A model generated the notes under the pieces. The model had not been told where the DNA came from, did not search any database, and saw only the letters and a program-made list of their open reading frames with translations. Source: Phaeosaccion multiseriatum (Eukaryota > Protista > Ochrophyta, other classes). Taken from it: DNA of 64,000 bases. Below are positions 1 through 12,208 of the stretch, in pieces. Each line of letters opens with the position of its first letter. Position 1 is the stretch's first letter. A program made the translations under genes and the position numbers. Location: contig OZ218953.1 in assembly GCA_965112735.1 (NCBI GenBank), positions 1,550,001 to 1,614,000 of the forward strand, read 5' to 3'.

Positions 1-525
1 AGGCTGCTGGCGGCCGGGGTGAAGTACAACGTGGGTCTGGAGCTAGAGCTGCCCCTGTCGGAGAGTAACGCCAAGATGGGGCCCTTCATGGTGTACGTGA
101 CGCTCTTGGCGCAGGATGGAGTCGTCCTCGGTCACAGCGCCAGGCACGCCATGCTGTCCTACACCTCCCCGGGGCTGAGGTACATGCGCATGGCCTGCCT
201 CGCCCCCCTCTACCTGCTTGGCTTGAAAACAGAAGGTATCGTACGTACCCGAAGTGGTTGTCTTGTGTCAGTTCAGTTCCCAGGAATGCTTGACTTGTCA
301 GATATGTATAAGCTTGGCCACCTCCAACCCCTCTTAATACATTTTCTATGTGCCCAACCTCCTTTCCGCCCTCTTCTGCTTCTGATTGTGTTCCCCCCAA
401 CTCAGCCGAGAAGATTTTCATCACGAGTTTTGACCACCTCTTGGAGCTCGAGGACTATCCCCTCACCAGAATAGAGGTGAGTGGGTGGGTGGGCGGTCGG
501 GCAACAGTAGCAAGCATTAGTAGTT

Positions 526-600
<75 letters not shown>

Positions 601-2222
601 TTTAACAGCCGTGAAGGAGGAGGAGTGCTACCACCGCAGCTGCAGGTATGCCATGAGATCATAGCTGGCACCTTCTTCGCTTCTCCGATGACGGCGCTGA
701 CTTGGTCCCTTCCTCCCCGCCCCGCTCGGTTCTCTGATTCTCTCGCTTGCTCCTTTTTTCCCGCCCCCCAGATTGTCCTTTCGAATCACAATATCGAGCT
801 GAAGCGCTCACTTTTGACCATCAAGCCGCAACTCCACGGCATCCGATACCTTATGAGCGAATGGTGAGCACACGGCACAAGCCTTGGGGGAACAGGTGGC
901 AAGCGAAAGGCCGAGCCGGGTGCGAATACTCGTTGAGCTAGCTGCCCGTTCCCTCGCACTGTTCTGCCTTCGCATCTCCCCCCCCCCCCGCTGTGTGTTT
1001 TCTTCTTATTTGAACTCAACGCATGCCATGCTACACGCCGTCCCTCCCTGTTTTATTGACTTAATACAGGTTCTACTCGTCCTTGGTCATGGGGACCGCC
1101 TTCATCGCCTGCGGCCTAAGCGGCGCCTTCGTCCTCATTTACTTCTTCTATTGGACGACGCAGCAGCAGGAAGAAGAGGGCACGGACGGGAAGGACGGCA
1201 GAGGAGGAGGAGGCAAGATGGGCTCCAGGCAGATGCAGCCCAGGCGGCAGAGCAGGCAGGATGATGGGGCCCAATCTGGTGCCCAATTCGGCAGTACGGG
1301 AGAGCCGAGGACCCTGCTGAATGCTAGCAGTGGAGGCCTCCATCAGCGAGGGAGCAGTGCTGTGTACAGATCAGTCACCACCACCACCTCGAGCAGCAGT
1401 ACGCTGCAGCGAGCTCGAAGCGACAATGTGGTGGAGCCCCTGTCTGGTGGGGAGGGCATGGGGCCCGTGGGGACGGCGGCGGAAGGGGGTGTGAGAAGAG
1501 AGGAGGCGAAGGCAAGCGACAGTAGTACAAGAACAGAGACAGTGGATGGGCGAGAAGATGAAGGACAAGAGGGAAGAGCGGATGATGCAGCGAGTATTGG
1601 TGTGGAGAGCGCCACCTCCTCTGATGATAACAATGTCGTACTAGACGCCTCGGTCGAGAGCCGTGGGGACGAGGCCGAGGGGGAGGGTGGTGATGAAGGA
1701 GCTGCGCACATGATTGATGACTCGGCGGATGAAGACCCCCAAGGCAATGAAAGCGATGAGAAGGAGGGGGAGGACGGGGATGAGGACAGGAGCTCTGCTG
1801 GTGGTGGCGCTGCTGCCGTCAGCGCGTGGCGTGAAGGCTGTGGTGGCCCGAGCTCTGCTTCTTCCTCATGCCAGCAGAAAGCAAAAGACGACGATGGCAG
1901 TTGTGGCGGTGCTCCTGCTGCTGTTGAGAGCAAAGGAGAAGGGGGGGGCGGGCCAGACTTTTGGGAGAGCACGGGTTCCCTTCTCGGAGGTGTCGTGTCA
2001 ATGGTGGCCGGAGCGGGGGGAGGGACAGGGACAGGGGCAGGTAGGGGGGCGGGTGGGGAGCGGCAAGTGTCGTTGACGGCCTCCTCGCCAGGCTTCCTCG
2101 CGAACTTGCCCCCACCCCCACCAGAGCTTCTGACCTCTGGCCAGAGTTACTCGACCTATGACGAGGGTGATTGTGACGGCAGAAGGGGGTCTGGCAGGAT
2201 CGAGAGGTCCGATCCTCGTTGA
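1..2222 (+). CDS. Seipin (BSCL2-family lipid-droplet biogenesis protein), 5'-truncated by the window edge; exons <1-235, 406-476, 772-863, 1070-2222
   Basis: KYNVGLELELPLSESNAKMGPFMV...SARHAMLSYTSPGLRYMRMACLAPLYLLG and LTIKPQLHGIRYLMSEWFYSSLVMG match the seipin lumenal domain followed by the second TM helix. All three introns are GT-AG and in phase. Long acidic disordered C-terminal tail. Confidence 0.88.
518..600. repeat. (GTA)n microsatellite in a seipin intron
   Basis: Near-perfect GTA run; it generates the poly-S and poly-T shadow ORFs. Confidence 0.97.
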
Positions 2223-2603
2223 AGGAGAGAGGGGGGCGGGAGAGAGGGAGAGAGCGACCATGTGTGAGAGAGAGAGAGAATGTGCAGCCTCCGCCAGGTA
2301 GCAACCCTAGTACAGTAAAAAGTGATGCTGAAAGAAAAAGGGCAGAGGCTGTGAGGCGTACTGCTGTGCGGGTTGTCCTCACACAGGGTGCTCCTCAGGC
2401 TATAATGCCGCCTGACCGGCGAGCAGCAGCGTGGTGCTGCAGCGCGAAGTTTGGGAAGACGGAAAACGCGTAATTTTGACACAGTGTAAAAATGAAAAAC
2501 CTGTTCACAGCCGAGCGAAGTGTCTGTCCCTAAATACATTCAGGCCGAGGAACTCTTCCTGTTCGACAACTGCGTGGTCCTGCTCCTCGCTCGTGTCGAC
2601 TAG

Positions 2604-3191
2604 CTAGTGCCCCGCTCGCTTCCTCCTCTGCCCGGGTCCTTTACTACTACTACTCGTCTGTGTGGACCCCCCCCCCCCCCCCCCCTCCTCCTCCTCCTCC
2701 TCCTCCTCCTCCTCCTCCTCCTCCTCCTCCTCCCATTTCCCCTCCGCTAAGCTGGCTCAGCAGGCCGCCCATCCCGCCGCCCATGCTCTGCTGCTGCTGC
2801 TGAATCTCCTTGAGCTGCTCCGGGTCCATGTTCTCCATCATCTTGGGCATGAGGTACTTGGAGCCGAGCATGACGCCCATCATAAGCATCATGGGGTTCT
2901 TAAGCAGGGAGAACAGGCCTTGCATCAGTTGTTGCAGCTGTCGATGGGGCGGGTGGGGTGAAAGGGTTTTGTCAGGGTGGGGTATGCGTTGTGCGGGTGT
3001 GTGTGTGTGCAGGAAGGGTACAACACATGGGCACGAAGCGAGAGGGAGGGAGGGAGGGAGGGAGAGAGGGAGAGAGGAAGGGAGGAAGGAGGATGCCAAG
3101 AGAAGGAACAGACAGGACAGCGCAAAAATCAGAAAGGCGAGGGGGCTGAGAGGAGCAGAGCGAGGGAGGAGGGCAACCAGGCAGGCAGGCA

Positions 3192-3225
<34 letters not shown>

Positions 3226-4471
3226 TAGGCAGGCAGGCAGGCAGAAAACTGATTGTGAAGCCAAAGTCGTCTTGGCGGAAGCGTCTGCTCCGCACAAGGC
3301 GCTGCCTACTCACCGGCGTCTTCTTCTTCTCGAAATAGCTCCACTTGACATGCGCCCGGAGGCTGAGCGGGTAGGTGGCCTCAAGCTTCGCTGCGCCGGC
3401 GTACTGGGTGAGACCACGAGCATCGCACAGGGCGGGGGCAGAGCAGACACGTGTTAGAGGCACATGGGCGAGGTCCGAGAGGCTGTAGGACACTGTAGCA
3501 AAGCCGGCAAGAGATAGGTAGTCCCCCAGTCGCCGGTACAGTAGTAGCGAGTCAGAGTAAGTGAGGGATGGGTGTGAAACGTCCCCCCTGGCCACTCACC
3601 TTGTACTCTATGGCCTGCACCTGCCCCTGCTCGCTGACGGGGACCTTGAGCTTGATTTGGCTGAAGTGGAACTCGGTGGACAGCACGTCGAGCACGTATT
3701 GGCCGGGAAGCACGTCATAGAAGGTGAAGCTTCCATCCGAGCGGCTCAGTGACTGCGGGGGAGAGGGGAGAGGGGGTGACGGGGGAGAAGAGGGGCGAAG
3801 GGAGAAACGTGGAGTGGGGGGGGCGGAATGGAGAGGATATGGGGGGGTATAGGGGAGCAACACGCAGGGGAGCGACAGGGAGACTGAGATGCAGAAGGAG
3901 AGGAGGAGAAATGTCCCTCTTCTGTCTTGCCACGCTACAGTAGCGCCACGTTTGCCCGTTCATCAATCTCCCAACCTTTCAGCCCTCCAACAGAGTGTGG
4001 GGACGTACCGAATACTCTCCCCCATTTAGGGTGAGGGGGACAGTGCCTAACTTCTCATTGTTTGGGAGGCCGAGGTTTCCGTAAACGTCCACCGCTTGCC
4101 CGACGCCCAGGAGGCTAAACGATGATTGGAGTCAAACACACATGAGGTAGGGAAAACAGAATCGGCGGCAGAGGAGACGAAAGAATGGCTCAGAACAGTC
4201 ACAGGAGCCCGTGTGTAACCAAAGCGAGGGGATGAGGGCAGCACAGATGAAGTGAAGGCAAAGAAGATGACTAAAGAAGAAGAGGGGGGGGGTGGGAAGA
4301 GGGGCAGAGAGAGAGAGATTACGAATGATGGAATTGGGAAAAGCACATTTGCGGCATTACAGATCAATAATAGTCGGAGACTATGTGGGTCATGACCTTC
4401 CATCACACAGGCACTTACGCTAGAAAAACTAACAGAGCACCGGCAAAGCGGAGACGGGCGAAGGGCACCAT
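2604..4471 (-). CDS. EMC7: ER membrane protein complex subunit 7 (DUF2012); exons 4471-4419, 4114-4009, 3752-3600, 3403-3314, 2937-2650 (or -2604 after a homopolymer frame correction)
   Basis: Signal peptide MVPFARLRFAGALLVFLALLGVGQA, then LNGGEYS-SLSRSDGSFTFYDVLPGQYVLDV, YFEKK, SLLKNPMMLMMGV...MPKMMENMDPEQLKE. Splice phases are consistent. Confidence 0.9.
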
Positions 4472-4712
4472 TCCTTCGCTCCTGGTTCCCCGCTGCTGCT
4501 CACAGATAACCTGGCCCAGTCCAGCGCAGTCCCTCAACCGATTTATCAATCAATGAACTAATGATGGTCCGTGCTACAGAAAGGTGGGATATAAAGGTGG
4601 GGAGGATTGGGGAGCCCGGTGGAGGAGCGCCATCTGTGGAAGCACCACCAACGTGTGAGGTAGTTCGCAGCCCCCCCTTTGCCCACTACAGCAGCTGCAA
4701 AACAAACTCGCG

Positions 4713-6750
4713 ATGAACTTCGCAAAGAAGAGAGAGGTTGTCCAGTATAAAGAAGTAGAGAAGGAAGAAAAACCAGGAGCAGCAGGAGCAGCAGCATCAG
4801 CAGCAGATGAATCAGGGACATCGTCCCGAGAGACAAGTGTGAACGAGGGGTCGGCAGCAGAAAGAGAAGGAAAGCAAGAAGGAGGAAGTGTGGGGGGCGT
4901 GGGGGAGGGGAAGCCTTGCCTGGCGTCGTCTCATGTTGCTGGATACTTGATGAAGTTTGGCGACCTCGTGATTATCTACGAGAGTCAGTATAATATCGGG
5001 TTTACGTATCTGACAGAGGGGGGTCATTATCAGTGCCGCTTCGGCAGGTTTGCGCACCAGGACTTTGTGGGGAAACCATTTGGCAGCAAGGTGCGTATAG
5101 CGAGAAGGGGGGGGCAAAGGAGCCCAAGCGGGAGTGGGCAGCACCTGAGTGCGGTGGACCCTCGCGTGCCCCAAGACCAAGAAGCGAAAGACCATTGGCT
5201 CGTCCCCTCTCATGATCATGGGCCACACCAATCCGTCCTTTTTTGTTTCGAATGGACCGCCGTCCTTTCGTGCAAGGCTCACTCTGATCTGCGCTTTCCT
5301 CCTGCGCCACCCTCTTAACTGACCCGCAGATTCAGTCGGGTAGACGCTACCTCCACGCCCTGTTTCCAACCCCGGAGTACTGGTCGCGCACCCTCCCAAG
5401 TAGGACTCAGATCTGCCAGGACTGGGACCAGAGCGTCATCAACTTCCGCCTAAACCTGCTCCCAGGGGATGTGGTGGTAGAGAGCGGCACGGGGAGCGGC
5501 GCCATGACCACGGCCATCGCCCGAGCCGTCGCTCCCATTGGCCACGTGCACTCCTTCGAGTTCAATCAGCAAAGAGCAGAAGCCGCCCAAGCTGAGATGG
5601 CCAAGAATCAGCTCGGTAAGGCCTGGGAGGGGGGGGGAGGAGGGTGATTTGGTTGACTCAGGGGGGCACACACACACAAACACACACTCACTCACACACA
5701 CACACACACTCTCTCTCTCTCTCTCTCAACACGCCCAACTTTCCTTCCCCTTCCCCCTCGAATCGCTCATGTGTCGCAGGCGAGCTTGTGACTATCACAC
5801 ACCGAGACGTGTGTGCGCTGGAGGAGCAAGGGGGCGGCTTCGGGCCGGGCCTGGACGGGAAGGTGGATGCTGTCTTCCTCGACCTGCCAGAGCCGTGGAG
5901 GGCCATACCACACGTGGTGAAAGTGCTCAAGGCTGACAAAAAGGTGTGCTGCTACAGCCCTTGCCTCGAGCAGGTCCAGAGGACATGCGAATCGCTTCGA
6001 CAGCACGGCTTCCACTCCGTTTCCACGGTGGAGATGAGGCTGAGGACCTGGGGCGTGGTGAAGAAGGACCAGGCCTTATTGCTGCCGGACATGTCGCCTC
6101 GGGTGCTGGAGGAGAATGCGCAGAAGGCGGCGTTGAACAAGGTCAAGCTTGTTCAGCGGAAGAAGGCCAAACTGGAGGCCTATGAGCAGGACAAGAAGAG
6201 GAAAGGAGTGCAGCACAAGCAGGGAAAGATGGCGGAAGATGAAGGAGCAGAAGGAGGAGGAGGAGGGAGGGGAGGAGTAGAAGGAGACGACAAGGTGGAG
6301 GACGCTAGTGCAAGCGAAGCGGGGGCTGTGCAGGAGGAGGCGGCGGTCATGGAGGTGGACGGCGAGGGGGGGGAGAAGGAGGAGCAGGAGAGCGAGCGCA
6401 AGGCGGGCGGCGACAGCAGCAGCAGCAGTTGCGCCAAGAAAGGGCCCCCTGCCACTGAATCTGAACCACCATCGGCCCAGGAGCAGGCGCCGCCCGCCGC
6501 CGCCAAGGCCACCAAGAAGGCCAAACGTGAGGAGAGCAATAGCAGCGCGGAGTCCGGCTTGGCCCCTGTCTCTGATGACGACGAGTACTTCGCTAGAGCC
6601 GATCCCGTGATGCGAGGGCACACGGCCTTCCTCACCTTCGCGGTGATGTCGGTGGCGGAACAGGGAGAAACGCAAGCAGTAGGAGCAGTAGCACCACCAC
6701 CAGCAGAGGGGGAAACAACGCCAGCACCCCCACGTGTATTCGTTACGTAA
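4713..6750 (+). CDS. TRM61: tRNA (adenine-58-N1)-methyltransferase catalytic subunit (GCD14/TRM61); exons 4713-5090, 5330-5615, 5780-6750
   Basis: FGRFAHQDFVGKPFGSK, PTPEYWSRTLPSRTQI, VVVESGTGSG (SAM-binding), DAVFLDLPEPW, CCYSPCLEQVQRTC, GHTAFLTFA. Confidence 0.93.
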
Positions 6751-7188
6751 TATTATCCTTCGTCGAGGACATCGATCCTTCCTTTCCCACAGCAAACAAA
6801 CACCACCGTTGTCTTTGCTTAAGACTTCCCTCCCTGCTGCGGTCCTCGTTGTCTCGGGGAGGCTTCCCTGATGAAGAGGGCGCTGAGGAAGTCGTCTATT
6901 CTCTCAGGTGCGTTTGCACAGGACTAAGATGAAGGAAAGGAAGGAGGGGCGACCAACGACAGCGTTGTGAGGAAGCATATGAGCAAGGTCGTCTGCGCTT
7001 AACCTCATTCCTTCCCCTCGTACGACCCTCCACTCTCAGCAGCACCAGGCGGAGCGGCAGCAGGGGCATCATACTTAGCAGGAGCAGCCGCAGGAGGAGG
7101 CGGACCGATGGGATTGGACATTGGAGGCATGGGGATGGGCTCGTCTGCTGCCGCCTGTTCAACGGCACAGTCTGGTAGCGCTCGAAGC

Positions 7189-7882
7189 ATGTCTCTCCGT
7201 GACGTCGTTCGAGGAGCAGTTGTTTTGGTGGCGGCTCTGGGGCTCCCGCATGTTACTGGGCTGGGTACGCCTTACTCGCACGTCGTAGGCGGAGGAGCAA
7301 CAGGAGGAGGAGGGTTTGGTGGGGGCGAGAGCGGTGAAGGCACAGCCGACCAAAGAAAGCAGCAGCAGCAGCAGGCCTACCACCAGCAAGACTTTCAGCA
7401 GCAGCAGCAGCAGCAGCAGCCTTCACCCCAAGCCTATCAGACGCAGCCTCCGGGTGGGCAAGGCTCTCAGTACCAGCAAGGATCTCAGTATGAATATCAG
7501 CAGAACTCGTACACACAGCAAGGGCAGGGCTCGCAACCAGGCTCCCAGCAAGAGTATGCTACGAACACAGCATGGGCGGGCACCAATCAGCCCCGGCCAC
7601 AGCCGTGGGAGCAGCAGCAGCAACAACCACAACCATGGGAGGAGGAGCCCCAACAGCAGCATCCTTATTCAGGGGACATCAACGCAGGAGGAACCTACGG
7701 CGGAGAAGCCGAGGAAGGTCCCGGTATTCGGTCTAGGATGAAAGGCTTGCTGAGCAAGGCGAAGGAGAAGGTGGTGGGGTCGCAGCAGCCGCAAGCTGCA
7801 GAGTGGGGGGCTCCCGCTGCGTATGGCCAGACCCAAGGCCGAAGTCAAGGCCAGGGCCAAGGTGACTACTACTATGGGGGGT

Positions 7883-7916
<34 letters not shown>

Positions 7917-7965
7917 CCAGCCTTACGCTCCGCAGCCTTTCTCCGGCCAATTCATCCAGGACGCC

Positions 7966-7997
<32 letters not shown>

Positions 7998-10900
7998 GGG
8001 AGGTTCGTACCCTCCCTTCGAGTCTTGTTGGGCGGGGGGCGAGGGCGCGCCGAGGGGACCGCAACAGGCGCAGATCCACCACCCCGGGGATGCGGAGTAC
8101 TACGGTGGGGAGGCGGGGGGTGACTACAGCGCGTACAAGGGGGGAGAGAGGGAGGGAGAGGGAGGCGCCCTAGCTGGATCGTCACAGCAGGAGGGCGAGA
8201 AAGGAGCGGGGGAAGGAGGGGAAGAGCAGATGGGGCAGGGAGGGGGAGGGGAAGGGCAGACGGGGCACAGGCGTGAGGAATCGTGGAGTCAACAGCCGCA
8301 GCAGCCGCAGTACGACAAGGGAGGGGGCTGGGGGGAGGGGTACAAGAGTTTAGAGGATGGAGGAGTGGGGACGCACGGGACTTTCGATTCAGGGTACCCT
8401 TCTTACACTCAGGACTACAATGGCGGAGCCTTCAGCTACGAAGCCGACATGCAGCCAGTAGGCCTTCCACAACAACAACAACAACAACAGCAGCAGCAGC
8501 AGTCGCAACAGTGGTACCCACAGCAAGAGGGAGGGCAGGAGGAAGGCTTGGGGTACCCGCAGGAGGACTTTGGGGCCCAATCGTACCAGCATCAGCCTCA
8601 GCCCGGCCTGGAGGAGATGGGAGCCGGCCTTGCTCAAGACGGAGCCGACGCTCTTGTCGAGGCACAGGGGCCGGGAGAGGAGGGCATCGGTGGGGGACAT
8701 GGGAGTAAACGTGGAGGCGACTCTATCGGTGGGGGCGGGGCGCGCGTACAAGGTAGCGACGTTAGGGTAGAAACAACAGATGAGGAGGCAAACACGTGGA
8801 GGACGACAGGGAGAGAAGGAGGGGGAGTGCAGCCGACAGGAGTAGTAGGGAGCACCGACGAGATAGAGGAGGAGGAAGAGGAGGAGGAGGAGGAGGGGGA
8901 AGGGGGCGCCATCATCGAGGAGTCAGACCAAACTGGTGCCATGGCTGGGCATGAGGAAGTGCTGGCGAGGAAGGGACACGCAGCGGCCGAGAGAGCGCTG
9001 CAGGCCCTGCGGCAGTCAACGCAGCAGGCCCATGCCCAGGAGGGAGGGGGGGGAGGAAGCTCCCCTTACGGCGGCTTCGGTGGGCTGACGGAGGCGACTT
9101 CTGGGGGAGAGATGGGTAGTGAGTGCGACACTGAAGGAGGGAGCTTGGATGGAGGGAGCGCTGGAGTCGGAGCAGCAGCAGCAGCAGTAGTAGTAGCGGC
9201 TGCGCAAGGAGAGGGAAGAGGGAGGCGCGCAGAGCAGCAGCAGCATCGTAGGCCCGCCGCTGGGAGGAGAGCGAATCGGCAGCAGCGAGAGGCGGAGAAC
9301 GAGGTAATACGCGGAGGTGTGGACGACTTGCGTGCACAGGGACCCTTCGCATGCCTCTCCCTCAGTGGGCAGAAAAACTCTTCCCTGTCCCCTCCTTTCC
9401 CTGTCCCCTCCTTTCCCTGTCCCCTCCTTTCCCTGATAGGCGGACCCACGTGCCTCCCACAAGTCCACGACCCCGCCCTCCTCCTTCCTCTCACCTCCCC
9501 CCCCCCCGGCCGTTTCTCCGTCCTTGTGTGCATCTAGCGGCTGGAGCAGCCCGATGTAGCGCAAAGTACGGGAGGAGGCTCGGGAGCCCCTGCAGCAGAC
9601 GGCAGTGACTTCCTCCTGGACTTGGAGAGGGAGATCGGCCTGCAGATGGACGAGGTGCGTCACACCTCCTGTGTGTGGTGTGTGTGTGCGCGCATGTGTG
9701 TGTGTGCATGTGCATGTGTGTGGATGTCGACCTCTCTCTCACGGCTGTGAGAACGTCTGTATGTATGCACCACACCACACCCCCTCCCTCACTCGCAGGT
9801 GGATAACGAGCTGGACGACGAGATCAACAGCTTCATCAACGAGTTTGGGAGGGACAAAGGCCGAGTCCAAGTCTCCTCAGCGGGCCAGCAGCAGCAGGAG
9901 GAGGAGGAAGAAGAGCAAGTCGTCGGAAGTGTTTCAGAGGACGACGTTGCTGGAGGCGGTCGTGGTCCTGGTCGTAGTGCTATTTACAGTGACGATGCCT
10001 ATGGGGGAGACACTTGGCTTGAAGAGCAGCAGCAGCAAGAGGAGCGGGAGTCTCGGACGGAGCAGGAGTTGCAGGACTTTGAGCAGAGGGCTGAGCAGAA
10101 TCAGGAGGTGGTGGAGGGGGTGAGCGGCGAGGTTGGCGTTGGAGGAGGGAGGGAGTGGGGAGGGGGAAGTAGAGAGGGAGGCAGTGAGGCACCAAATGGG
10201 GGAGGAGGAGGAGGAGGAGGAGGAGGAGGAGGAGCGACGGGGTTGAGGGAGGAAATGCCGACCCGTGCCAATTACGCGGAGTGGATGGAGGGAGAGGAGG
10301 GAAAGAGCGAGGAGGTGGAGGGCGGAGCGAAGCCAGCGGAGCAAGATTGGGGGTACGAGCAAGACACCGAACAGCACCAAGAGGCGACGCAAGCGCAGGG
10401 GCAGGGGCGAGAACAGGGAGAGCCGCTGGAGCCGCTGCACATGCCTCCTGCGGCCGCGGGCGACGGTGTGCCCTGGGATGACGCGCATTTGCAGGAGCAG
10501 CTCGAGCGTTATTGGGACCAGTATCACGCCCAAACAGGGCAAGATGGAGGAGGAGGAGGAGGAGGAGGAGGAGAAGGAGGAGGAGGAGACCCTCATTTCC
10601 GGCAGGGCCAGGAGGGCGACATGGAGGAGTATGTACCAACTGCGCATTACTACCCTGACCCGCTGCCCAATGCTGATTATGGCAGCAGAGGCGGGGTGGG
10701 GCTGCGGCGTGTGGACAGCAGCGGCAGCAGCAGCAGCGGCAGCAGGAGCGGCATGGGCCGTAGCCGCTACGGAGGAGGCGAACAACAGGGGGGAATGATT
10801 CAACACATAGAGCCTCAGTTGGGCGCGCTCCAGCCGCAGCAGCCGCAGCATCCGCACCAGCAGTACCCCGACGGGGGGGCACCAGCGGTTGGTGCTCCGA

Positions 10901-11068
10901 ATGTCAACATTTGGGGAGATGTACACGTGCACCTCGATGGACAAAGCAGGGGAGGGGGGGGCTCTCCTGGGAGCGGGGGCGGGGGTGGCGCCAGGGGAGG
11001 GAGCGAGCCCGTGCCAATGTCCCCTCTGGAGCAGCAGCAGGTCCTTCTGGAGGAGCAGTTCCGGCGGC

Positions 11069-11104
<36 letters not shown>

Positions 11105-11121
11105 GGGGGGGATGGCCATGA
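7189..11121 (+). CDS. ~1180-aa low-complexity Gln/Gly/Glu-rich protein with a predicted signal peptide, function unknown; exons 7189-9303, 9538-9654, 9799-11121 (upstream in-frame ATG at 7108)
   Basis: Two long ORFs are joined by an in-phase 117-nt exon with GT-AG introns. Hydrophobic N-terminus MSLRDVVRGAVVLVAALGLPHVTG. No globular domain recognised. Confidence 0.7.
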
Positions 11122-12208
11122 TGGGCGCGCACCAGGGAGGGGAGGGAGGGGGGTATAGTCAGGGTTGCTCTTGGGGGCTCTTTTGTCTAGGGAGATGTGA
11201 CAGCTTGCGGGCACTTGCTTTTCTGAATCCAACATGCTAGTACGTACATCTGCAGGTTGAACGGCTCCAAGTCAATCATTCCGCCAGCTCTATGTAGACC
11301 CTACAGCAACCCACTGAGGTTTGCGGCAGATGCCCTGGTGGGTTGCTGTAGACTTTCGCGGCCCTGGTTGCTGCGTACGCTCTGTCTAGACCCCCGCATG
11401 CAGGAATGCCCTGGTGCACTGCTTCTGTGTAGGCCCTAAATCGTGCCGTGTACTTCGCTCGTTCTGCTTTTTCACTCCGCCAAAGTTCCAAGATGTCCGC
11501 AAAGCTGTACAACGGACAGCCCGCGAGCTAGGCCGCATTCAACAGCAGTACAACAGACGGCTGTAACGCTAATTTGCGTGCCAGCTTCATGTCAAAACCG
11601 GCCCCGCTTAAATTCCAAACGGCCTACGTCCCCCGGGAAATGCTTGGAGGTACCCACACACACCTTCTCGATATTGCCTCAGAGAGAGTGTGAAGAGAAG
11701 GAGGAGAGGGAAGAGGATACCACCGCTAACTCGCTTGTGCATCCGTGCTGCAGGTTCTCCTGGAGAGAAGGGATCTGTCGCTGGTTAGGAGGGGCGAGGG
11801 GAGGAGAAGGTGGGGAGAACAACAATTCCTCTCCCATCAGTCGAGGACGGGCCAGTCAGAGCTGCAGAAAGAAGGGCGAGGAAGAGTAGGAGGAACAGTA
11901 GGAGGCGGCAATACGGTACTATTGCTGCATGCGGGAAGGGCCTGGGATCAAAGCTCGCGGTTTTGGTTTCGATACCGTTGGTGTTTTGAATCGTTGTAAG
12001 GCCGGAGCCCCCGTCATACCTGGAGGGAACGGCAGGGGCTGGAGGCCCAAGCAGCAGCAGAGGCTGTCAGCGACGAGAGAGTGTCGCTCACCACTCAGCT
12101 TTCTGCTGAGGCGTGAGTGAGAGCTTTGTGCAACCCGATTTGATAAACACAAAAAGGCACCAGGAGCGCCCTGAGAGAAGAAGGCAGGAAACAGCAGCGA
12201 CGTTGACA

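Noticed and set aside
9934-11235. Long antisense ORFs (433 aa, 300 aa) and many similar ones across the window
   Set aside because: They are shadows of GC-rich, CAG/GGA-repeat coding sequence and show no domain signal.
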